Shown here: piece by piece, positions 1 to 6,085 of the stretch
How positions within the stretch are numbered: the first letter of the stretch is position 1
How the letters are laid out: each line of letters starts with the position of its first letter
Assembly (NCBI RefSeq): GCF_001598795.1
Contig: NZ_BCZP01000034.1
Coordinates: forward strand, 1 to 32,000
Length of the DNA stretch: 32,000 bases
Source of the DNA: Delftia acidovorans NBRC 14950
Lineage (GTDB): Bacteria; Pseudomonadota; Gammaproteobacteria; Burkholderiales; Burkholderiaceae_C
Reading direction: 5' to 3'
Notes under the pieces: generated by a model
Seen by the model: the letters and a program-made list of their open reading frames with translations, nothing else
What the model was told of the DNA's origin: nothing
The model's database searches: none
Program-made: the position numbers and the translations under genes

Positions 1-9
1 ACGGGGCAA

Positions 10-148
10 CCTGCGTCGTGGCGGTTGCGGGGTTCGCCGTGAAACTCACTTCGCGCTGCGCGCTACGTTCAAACATCACGGCGAGTCAGATCACAAAGCA
101 AGCCTGTCCTTCGGCAGGCTTGCAACCCCGCAACCGCCACGACGCAGG
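10..148. repeat. REP-like nested palindromic element, copy A
   Basis: 10-34 (cctgcgtcgtggcggttgcggggtt) is the exact reverse complement of 124-148. Inner hairpins are 34-42/76-84 (tcgccgtga/tcacggcga) and 98-106/115-123 (gcaagcctg/caggcttgc). The arm recurs at 11626-11648 and, diverged, at 13362-13380. Confidence 0.8.
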
Positions 149-199
149 CGCTGACATACGGGAGTGGGGAGAAAGGCAGCCGCTCGCTGGCGCTGCGGC

Positions 200-805
200 T
201 CAGGGGGTTACTGTGCGCCGGTCCAGAACCTTGTCTATCAGGCCCCATTCGCGGGCTTCTTCTGCGGTCATGAAGCGGTCGCGGTCCAGGTCGCGTTCCA
301 CCTCTTCGTAGCTGCGGCCGCAGTGCTGGGCGTACAGGCGTGTCATGCGGTCCTTGGTGCGCAGCATTTCCTCGGCATGGATGCGGATGTCGGAGGCCTG
401 GCCCTGCACGCCGCCCAGCGGCTGGTGCACGTGCAGGCTGGCGTTGGGCAGGGCCATGCGGTGGCCGGGCTCGCCGGCCATGAGCAGGAAGGAGCCCATG
501 GAGCGCGCCGTGCCCATGCACAGCGTGTGCACGGGTGACTTGATGAACTGCATGGTGTCGTACATGGCCAGCCCGCTGGTGATGACCCCGCCGGGCGAGT
601 TGATGTACAGGTGGATGGGCTTGTCCGGGTTCTCCGCCTCCAGGAACAGCAGTTGCGCGCAGACCAGGGCAGAGACCGCATCGTTGACCTCGCCGTTGAG
701 AAAGATCACGCGGTCGCGCAGCAGGCGCGAGTAGATGTCGAAGGACCGCTCTCCGCGCGCCGACTGTTCGACAACCATGGGGACGAGCATCATCGATTCG
801 CGCAT
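200..805 (-). CDS. clpP: ATP-dependent Clp protease proteolytic subunit (ClpP paralog)
   Basis: 201-aa ORF with the ClpP hallmarks [38 protein letters not shown] (Ser), HQPLGG (His) and [11 protein letters not shown] (Asp). AGGAG lies 7 nt upstream of the ATG at 805. Confidence 0.9.
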   Translation of the reverse strand: MRESMMLVPMVVEQSARGERSFDIYSRLLRDRVIFLNGEVNDAVSALVCAQLLFLEAENPDKPIHLYINSPGGVITSGLAMYDTMQFIKSPVHTLCMGTARSMGSFLLMAGEPGHRMALPNASLHVHQPLGGVQGQASDIRIHAEEMLRTKDRMTRLYAQHCGRSYEEVERDLDRDRFMTAEEAREWGLIDKVLDRRTVTP

Positions 806-880
806 GGGCGAACTCCTGTGTGTGGTGGTGAAAAAGAATGGGCTGCGGCCCTGCGCCGCATGCCCCGTTGCCGGGGCCCT

Positions 881-926
881 CAGGTCGCGTGTATCAGGTC
901 ACGTGCATCAGGTCGCGTACATCAGG
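881..926. repeat. 14-bp tandem direct repeat, 3.3 copies
   Basis: caggtcgcgtgtat / caggtcacgtgcat / caggtcgcgtacat / cagg. It spans the stop codon (908-910) of the SRPBCC gene and lies about 80-120 nt upstream of clpP. Confidence 0.85.
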
Positions 927-1264
927 AAGCCGCCGTCGTTGGCCGCTTCCCTGGCCGGCTGCACCCGCGCATCGGTCAGCACATGGACGATGCGCAGCAG
1001 CGTGCCGCCATCGGCGCCGGGGCTGATCTGCAGGTCCACCGTGCTTTCAAGAAAGGGCGGCTCCGCCTCGCGCAGCCGCAGGCGCAGTTCCTGCTGCGGC
1101 ACCTGCTGCAAAGGCTCGGCATGCTCGGTGCCCGGCAGCCACTGCGCGCGCAGCTCGGGAATGCTCAGCGCGCGCCAGACCTTCTCGGGCGGGGCGTCCA
1201 GCGCGTACTCCTGCACCAGCTCGCGGGCCGCATCGTCGGTGTCCATATTGCTCATCTTGTTCAT
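908..1264 (-). CDS. SRPBCC/AHSA1 (START-like) domain protein
   Basis: In-frame ATG at 1264 inside the 227-aa track ORF gives a 118-aa product, MNKMSNMDTDDAARELVQEYALDAPPEKVWRALSIPELRAQW... This is typical of the Aha1/SRPBCC proteins that follow ArsR regulators. The start overlaps the ArsR stop as ATGA (1261-1264). Confidence 0.7.
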   Translation of the reverse strand: MNKMSNMDTDDAARELVQEYALDAPPEKVWRALSIPELRAQWLPGTEHAEPLQQVPQQELRLRLREAEPPFLESTVDLQISPGADGGTLLRIVHVLTDARVQPAREAANDGGFLMYAT

Positions 1265-1575
1265 TGGTCCATGTCCTTGAGCAGGCCCTTGAGTGCATCC
1301 ACGCGTTGCGGCCAGTAGGCGCGGTACTTCGCCAGCCAGCCCGCAATCTGCGCCAGCCCTTCGGGATCGACCTCGTAATGCATGAAGCGCCCCTGCCGCT
1401 GCTCGCTCACCAGCCCCGCATTGCGCAGCACGGCCAGATGCTGGGACATGGCCGACTGGCTGATCTCCATCCCCTCGCGGAGCGCGCTGGCATGCATGCT
1501 GCCAGCGGCCAGCTTCTCGAAGATGGAGCGGCGCGTAGGGTCGGCCAGGGCCTTGAAGATGTCGTTCTCGGGCAT
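1261..1575 (-). CDS. ArsR/SmtB family transcriptional regulator
   Basis: 104 aa. FKALADPTRRSIFEKL ... ISQSAMSQHLAVLRNAGLV matches the ArsR winged-HTH signature. Confidence 0.9.
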   Translation of the reverse strand: MPENDIFKALADPTRRSIFEKLAAGSMHASALREGMEISQSAMSQHLAVLRNAGLVSEQRQGRFMHYEVDPEGLAQIAGWLAKYRAYWPQRVDALKGLLKDMDQ

Positions 1576-1600
1576 GGCGACACTTTAGCAACCACTTATT

Positions 1601-2065
1601 TCAAATGCAAGTCCCGCACGCCAATCCCGCCGCCACGCCCTCATCCGCAAACCGCTTGGCCGCCTTGAGCAGATAGCTCACGGCATAGAGGATGGGGTCG
1701 TCGGCCTCGTCGCCATTCAGATGGTCCACCACCTCGATGGCATAGCCCAGATTCACCGCCGTGTCGTGCAGCAGGCCCAGCAATTCCTTGTCCTGCGGCT
1801 CCAGCGACTGCGCCTGATCAGCCTTCACGTAGTAGATGCGCAGCAGATCCCGGCAGACGCAATTGATGGCCGTGATGTTGTGGCGAGCGTGCAGGTCCAG
1901 CACATCCAGCGCGGCGCCCATGTGCAGGACGGCGTCGATGGCGAGGTCGTCGAGTTTGGGTTGGGGTGAGGTGATGAGGTTGGGTTCATCCATGGCGGCT
2001 CCCAGGGCTTGGATCATGTCGAACAACAGGCACACGGAAATCGACCGCGTGAAGCGCCGTTTCAT
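1601..2065 (-). CDS. hypothetical protein (no recognisable domain)
   Basis: 154-aa ORF divergent from the XRE gene at 2116. The internal ATG at 1993 has a better SD (GGGAG, 5-nt spacer) and would give 130 aa. Codon usage is consistent with the host. Confidence 0.5.
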   Translation of the reverse strand: MKRRFTRSISVCLLFDMIQALGAAMDEPNLITSPQPKLDDLAIDAVLHMGAALDVLDLHARHNITAINCVCRDLLRIYYVKADQAQSLEPQDKELLGLLHDTAVNLGYAIEVVDHLNGDEADDPILYAVSYLLKAAKRFADEGVAAGLACGTCI

Positions 2066-2082
2066 TCTACGAATTTCGTAGA
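2066..2082. promoter_or_regulatory. perfect 8-1-8 palindrome, operator candidate
   Basis: tctacgaa-t-ttcgtaga, in the 50-nt divergent spacer between the 1601-2065 gene and the XRE gene. Confidence 0.6.
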
Positions 2083-2098
2083 GACGAAATCAATACAC

Positions 2099-2115
2099 CC
2101 TACGACTATCGTAGG
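2099..2115. promoter_or_regulatory. perfect 7-3-7 palindrome, operator candidate
   Basis: cctacga-cta-tcgtagg. It shares CTACGA/TCGTAG half-sites with 2066-2082 and abuts the XRE ATG at 2116. Confidence 0.6.
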
Positions 2116-2448
2116 ATGCCTCCACGGACCAAGCCACCTTCCAGCCTATTTGGCAAACGCCTGCGCGAGGCAAGGCTGCGTACCGGGATGCCGCAGGATC
2201 AGTTGGGGGTTGCCGTCGGTCTTGATGAGACAACGGCAAGTGCTCGGATGAGCAGATATGAAACTGGCGTCCATGAGCCACCTCTGGATATTTCCAACCG
2301 GATTGCGCAAGTGCTGGGCGTGCCGACTGCCTACCTTTATTGCGAGGACGATGATCTTGCCGACGTGATCCTGGCATGGAGCAAGCTGGCTCGCGGCGGT
2401 CGGGCGCAGGCGAAAAAAGCTGTATTGGGTTTGGTGGCTGGGCGGTAG
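2116..2448 (+). CDS. XRE-family helix-turn-helix transcriptional regulator
   Basis: 110 aa. LFGKRLREARLRTGMPQDQLGVAVGLDETTASARMSRYETG is a Cro/C1-type HTH. Confidence 0.85.
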   Translation: MPPRTKPPSSLFGKRLREARLRTGMPQDQLGVAVGLDETTASARMSRYETGVHEPPLDISNRIAQVLGVPTAYLYCEDDDLADVILAWSKLARGGRAQAKKAVLGLVAGR

Positions 2449-2794
2449 GGGTGAACGCCCGGGCAGCCCCTATGACGGGATGTCGGCAGGATTGGACGAC
2501 AAGAGATCACTGACTGCGTATCGATATCGTCAAAGAGGCGGCCTTCTCAGACGGCGGCAAACGGCCATAAGCGGTCGTCCGGCGCGAGGACTCGAACGGC
2601 AGGTTCAGGCAGGTTCCCGACGCTCATTGGTGAAGGTTCACGCGGCGGCTGTGCGCCCGTTTCAGCCGGTGGTTGCAATTACATCAACGACCGGTTCGGC
2701 CATTAAGTGGATGGGACTGAGCAACAACATGGTTAGTTTCGACACATCCAACTGCGCCCACTGCCACTTCGCGCTATCTGGCCTGCACGGCGGG

Positions 2795-3670
2795 CTACCT
2801 GAACCGCGGAGTCCAGGATTCGACGAGCCACCGCTCCTCGTCCTCTGCCTCGGGCTCGGGTATGTCGATTCCGAATAGTACCGTCAACGTTTTTCCATAT
2901 CGGCCCAGACCGATCACATCTTCGCTGATCTCGATGCTTCGCTTGCCTCCGAACCAGTGTTGGAGATTCGAGGTGGCATCGACCTTTACACCAGCGAGCA
3001 CGTTCTCGGGGATTTGGTTGAAGGCGAAGGTCGCGGTACTGCGCGGAAGGCTCTCGTGTTTGCGTAGCCAGTCGATGCCCGGGGTCTGCCGCAGCGCCTC
3101 GGACATAAAACAGTGATCGATGACTCCTCCCTGACTTAGCACGATCGCCATCGGATCTCTGGTGCATTGCGTGTAGCGAATCGCCGTGGCGTGCAGAGAG
3201 GTCTTGCATTGTTCTGCCAATGCTTGAATGGCAGACAGTCCGTCTCCCGCGCGCTCGAGCGCAGGAAAGAACAGATGTCGAGGCATGAGAAAACCAGCGG
3301 CGAAGCGATCCGCCTCAATTTCGTAGCGGTCCTTCGAAGCAAAGCCAGCCCGCGATGTGTGTGCGCCGCTGTCGCCGGAGATCACGGCATCGACATGGCC
3401 TGGCAGAAAGTAGTGGCCCAGTTCGTGCCCGACACTGAAGTTCTCGAAGCCCTCGTTCTGCAGATGGGTCGCGTAGGCGATAGCGAACTCGTTGCCGAAC
3501 CGGACCAGCATGCCGGACGTCCCGCCTTGATCCATGGGTTTGGCGACCACATCGATGCCGCGGTCCTGCGCAACCTTCCTCGGGCAGATCGGCAGTGATG
3601 TGAGCCCGAGGCCTTTGACAATTTGCTCGGCGGCAAGAGAGGCGAAAGCGAAGGGATCACTGGAGGTCAT
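2795..3670 (-). CDS. ImmA/IrrE-family (COG2856, DUF955) zinc metallopeptidase with C-terminal extension
   Basis: 291 aa. The HEXXH motif HELGH is encoded at 3413-3427, followed by YFLPGH. The start overlaps the upstream XRE stop by 4 nt (3667-3670). Confidence 0.85.
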   Translation of the reverse strand: MTSSDPFAFASLAAEQIVKGLGLTSLPICPRKVAQDRGIDVVAKPMDQGGTSGMLVRFGNEFAIAYATHLQNEGFENFSVGHELGHYFLPGHVDAVISGDSGAHTSRAGFASKDRYEIEADRFAAGFLMPRHLFFPALERAGDGLSAIQALAEQCKTSLHATAIRYTQCTRDPMAIVLSQGGVIDHCFMSEALRQTPGIDWLRKHESLPRSTATFAFNQIPENVLAGVKVDATSNLQHWFGGKRSIEISEDVIGLGRYGKTLTVLFGIDIPEPEAEDEERWLVESWTPRFR

Positions 3671-4026
3671 GACTTGTTTCTCTCCTTGGCGCGGTTGGCC
3701 AGCATCATGATCAGATCATCGGCCATCTTTCGATCACTGCCATCCAGCGCTTCGTAGTGGCGATGCAGGCGGTCAGCCCCGGCCAGGGCCTTGAACTCAT
3801 CAACTCTGCCAAGCAGGAAATCCGTGGTGACGTCCAGGCTGTCGGCCAGGATGCGCAAGTTGTCGAAGGACGGTTTGCGAGTGCCCGTCTCGAAGTGGGA
3901 AATGGCAGACGGCTGCATGCCTGCCTTGGCGGCCAGATCTGCTTGATTCAGACCGCGGTACTCGCGCGCGCGTCGCAGACGTTCCGGGAAAACCTCCGAT
4001 GGACTGGAGGGGGTTGACATAGACAT
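3667..4026 (-). CDS. XRE-family HTH regulator (ImmR/DdrO-like partner of the ImmA/IrrE protease)
   Basis: 119 aa. FPERLRRAREYRGLNQADLAAKAGMQPSAISHFETGTRKPSFDNLRILADSL is a Cro/C1-type HTH. It forms an operon with 2795-3670. Confidence 0.85.
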   Translation of the reverse strand: MSMSTPSSPSEVFPERLRRAREYRGLNQADLAAKAGMQPSAISHFETGTRKPSFDNLRILADSLDVTTDFLLGRVDEFKALAGADRLHRHYEALDGSDRKMADDLIMMLANRAKERNKS

Positions 4027-4038
4027 GACGAAATCGTA
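4025..4038. promoter_or_regulatory. imperfect operator-like dyad
   Basis: atgacgaaatcgta overlaps the XRE start codon (4024-4026). It shares the ATGACGAA half-site with 4048-4063 and 4097-4110. Confidence 0.4.
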
Positions 4039-4047
4039 AAGTTAAAA

Positions 4048-4063
4048 ATGACTAGTTCGTCAT
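4048..4063. promoter_or_regulatory. operator-like dyad
   Basis: atgacta-gt-tcgtcat, one mismatch from a perfect dyad of ATGACGA/TCGTCAT. Confidence 0.5.
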
Positions 4064-4096
4064 AGCCCTCATGGGCCTCTTTTTTAGCCGGGAGTA

Positions 4097-4110
4097 TGAC
4101 GAATTCGTCA
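4097..4110. promoter_or_regulatory. perfect 14-bp palindrome, operator candidate
   Basis: tgacgaattcgtca, 50 nt upstream of the ATG at 4160. A further half-site, gatgacgc, lies at 4118-4125. Confidence 0.6.
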
Positions 4111-4159
4111 CATGATAGATGACGCTCCCGGCGATGGCAACGAAGAAAGGATATTTGCC

Positions 4160-4447
4160 ATGGCAGACGCACAAGTGACTTGCATCGTGAAACCGAACAC
4201 CCAAAGTTCGCATGAACACATCACCCATTTGGGCAACCCAGCCGGGGACTGGATGTGGTCGCGTGAGCAGGTGATCCGGAGCATCGATGAGAAGTCGAAT
4301 ACGTTCTACGTGCTGGACCCGACCAGTGGAAAACGCGCCGACATCGGTGTTGTTCGAGAAACCGGCAAGGCCCCCTACCTTCGCACATACGCGGACGGCC
4401 GGTGGAATAACAACCTGTTGTCCCTCAATCAATGCCCAATCCGTTGA
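4160..4447 (+). CDS. DUF3892-like small protein
   Basis: The ATG at 4160 is preceded by gaaagga. The 95-aa product has HEHITHLG ... W.W..E.VI..I ... FYV ... YLRTYADG..NNNLLSLNQCP, which I recognise as the DUF3892 pattern. This rests on memory, not a search. Confidence 0.7.
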   Translation: MADAQVTCIVKPNTQSSHEHITHLGNPAGDWMWSREQVIRSIDEKSNTFYVLDPTSGKRADIGVVRETGKAPYLRTYADGRWNNNLLSLNQCPIR

Positions 4448-4465
4448 ATAAGAGGAGCAAGGATC

Positions 4466-4651
4466 ATGCGTACACCCTTGAAGCCCGGTATGAACACTGG
4501 CAAGCGCGGCGGGATTTTCCAGGAAGTCGGCCCTCGTGGCGGGAGACAGCAGAACTTCGCCACAGTGCCGGATAATAGGCAACTTCCGCCAACGGCCAAA
4601 GCTGGTCATGGCTGGGTACCGGTCAAAGTGACACCTGACAGTGAGCGCTGA
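4466..4651 (+). CDS. YjzC-like small protein
   Basis: 61 aa, with aggagcaagg upstream. KPG..TGKRGGIFQEVGPRGG ... LPPT ... GHGW resembles the YjzC-family pattern (memory-based). Confidence 0.65.
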   Translation: MRTPLKPGMNTGKRGGIFQEVGPRGGRQQNFATVPDNRQLPPTAKAGHGWVPVKVTPDSER

Positions 4652-4695
4652 ACAGAGGGCCTGGCGCATATCCGCCAGGCCTCCAGGAGCCATTT

Positions 4696-5325
4696 ATGGG
4701 CATGCAGTTCTATACCCAGCGAGTGAGAGACAGCATATTGCCGCTTTCGGTCGGAGATTCTCTTCCGAAGGCCTTTGAGGAGTGGTCCGTCACGGAAAAT
4801 GTGATTGATCATGAAAGGCCCGAAGAGATGTGTGAGCTGTGCGGCCAAGAGTCATTGCGCTACCACTTCGAAATTAGGAACAGCCTGAATGGGAACCAGT
4901 TGTGGATCGGATCGCAATGCATCCTGAAATTTGACCTTTCGGTTTTCGAAGATGGGCGCGTGTTGTCCGCTGCGGACGCGAAGCGTAAGATTCAACGCAT
5001 GCTGGAGGGGATGCAACAAGAGGCCTGCATCCGTGCGTTGGAAAAAGTTGCGACTGTGGAGAACAACGAGATTCTCGCCAGCGCGCTCCAGTTCTTTCGA
5101 AAGAATAAATATCTATCCCCGAAGCTTGGATTTGTTGTTCTTTGGCGACTTAACAAGAATCGTATCGAATACAACCCTTCTTTTTTCAAGATCGATCTCA
5201 AGCACGACCGACACAAAGTACAGCTGCGTGAAATGGAAGAAAGTAGGGTTCACATTTTATGGCCGGCGCTGTCTTCGTCACAGCGTCGAATGGCAGAACG
5301 CCTTGGTCACCAGCATCCGGACTAG
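4696..5325 (+). CDS. hypothetical protein with CxxC...C motif
   Basis: 209 aa. AGGAG lies 6 nt upstream. The motif CELCGQESLRYHFEIRN...LWIGSQCILKF is present. This is the lowest-GC gene of the patch (21/60 G+C in 5101-5160). Confidence 0.7.
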   Translation: MGMQFYTQRVRDSILPLSVGDSLPKAFEEWSVTENVIDHERPEEMCELCGQESLRYHFEIRNSLNGNQLWIGSQCILKFDLSVFEDGRVLSAADAKRKIQRMLEGMQQEACIRALEKVATVENNEILASALQFFRKNKYLSPKLGFVVLWRLNKNRIEYNPSFFKIDLKHDRHKVQLREMEESRVHILWPALSSSQRRMAERLGHQHPD

Positions 5326-5647
5326 AGAGCGAGCGTAGTTGTGGAGAACGACCCGTAGATAGGCTGTGTGGATTAACATGTGCCGTTCGGGGGCACAAGG
5401 GCTCCAGGGGAAATTCTTCGCCATCGTGAAGACGGCCTACACACTAGGCTAATAGCCGCGGCGATTGTCCGACCAAGATCAGACTCTCATTGCCGCGTGC
5501 TGAAGGACCACTCCTGTTATATCGCTGTCGCACGACTGCTCCGGTTGGCCGACGGCAACCGCTGCGCAGCAGACACTCGCAGCCGAAGCACGAACGACAA
5601 CCACGGGTCGTTCCACGCCAGCAACGGCCCGTTTTTTCCCGTCAAGA

Positions 5648-6085
5648 TCAACGACCAACGATGGCGCTGGGCTCTTCATCGACGGCATCCTCGTCGCAAT
5701 CCAGCCTCACGACATCAAACTCAACGTGATCGACGTCTGGAACTTTCCCAAAATCGACGAGGAATCCGTGAACCAGCACCAGTCCACGGCCTGCATCGAT
5801 AACCCTCCCCGTGCCGCTGTACGTGTAATGTCCGGTCCTGATCAGTCTGTCGCGCCCCAGCTTTTCTCGCTCGTCCTGCGGCCAATCGAAGCCATACGGT
5901 GATTGGAGCAGCCGGACGTCCAATGCACTGAGACGATTGCGAACCCTCTGTCCGGCGCGCAAGGTGCAGGGGTGGCAGAACACGGTGACGGCCGCCTGGT
6001 CGCTGGCCAGCGTAACGGACGCAGCTTCGTCGCCCGGCTCATCGACATGCAAGACCAGAAGATCTGGAAAGAACGTGCCTGTCAT
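5648..6085 (-). CDS. hypothetical protein
   Basis: 145-aa ORF whose ATG (6083-6085) overlaps the TGA of the upstream LysR gene (6082-6084). No domain recognised. Confidence 0.5.
   Translation of the reverse strand: MTGTFFPDLLVLHVDEPGDEAASVTLASDQAAVTVFCHPCTLRAGQRVRNRLSALDVRLLQSPYGFDWPQDEREKLGRDRLIRTGHYTYSGTGRVIDAGRGLVLVHGFLVDFGKVPDVDHVEFDVVRLDCDEDAVDEEPSAIVGR

Noticed and set aside
836-860. Sigma-32-like -10 (CCCATTCT on the minus strand) upstream of clpP
   Set aside because: I found no matching CTTGAA -35 element at the appropriate spacing. The segment is better described as a weak hairpin plus T-run terminator for the arsR operon.
881-926. Short tandem repeat arrays (also 20103-20154 and 14654-14722) as possible CRISPR arrays
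   Set aside because: The units are directly abutting with no unique spacers, are only 6-14 bp long, and no cas genes are present.
908-1591. 227-aa ORF treated as one gene
   Set aside because: Its 5' two-fifths overlaps the ArsR gene out of frame and is Arg/Gly/Ala junk. Only the segment from the ATG at 1264 has SRPBCC-like sequence and an ATGA coupling to arsR.
2570-2610. tRNA-like T-loop motif (minus strand GTTCGAGTCCTCGCGCCGGACGA), a possible att-site relic
   Set aside because: The 5' T-stem partner is absent (ctgcc instead of cgagg). There is no CCA or acceptor pairing, and no cloverleaf can be drawn. The adjacent direct repeat ggcaggttc-a-ggcaggttc makes the resemblance look coincidental. 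No intact tRNA elsewhere in the window supplies the other att copy.
2480-2878. 132-aa plus-strand ORF in the 346-nt convergent spacer
   Set aside because: It has no SD, an Arg-rich composition and no motif, and its 3' end overlaps the ImmA gene. I treat 2449-2794 as non-coding of unknown role.
5380-5802. 140-aa plus-strand ORF in the 5326-5647 spacer
   Set aside because: It has an Arg/His-rich junk composition, no SD, and overlaps the 145-aa minus-strand gene. The small hairpins here (5379-5397 and 5592-5613) lack U-tracts and were not called as terminators.
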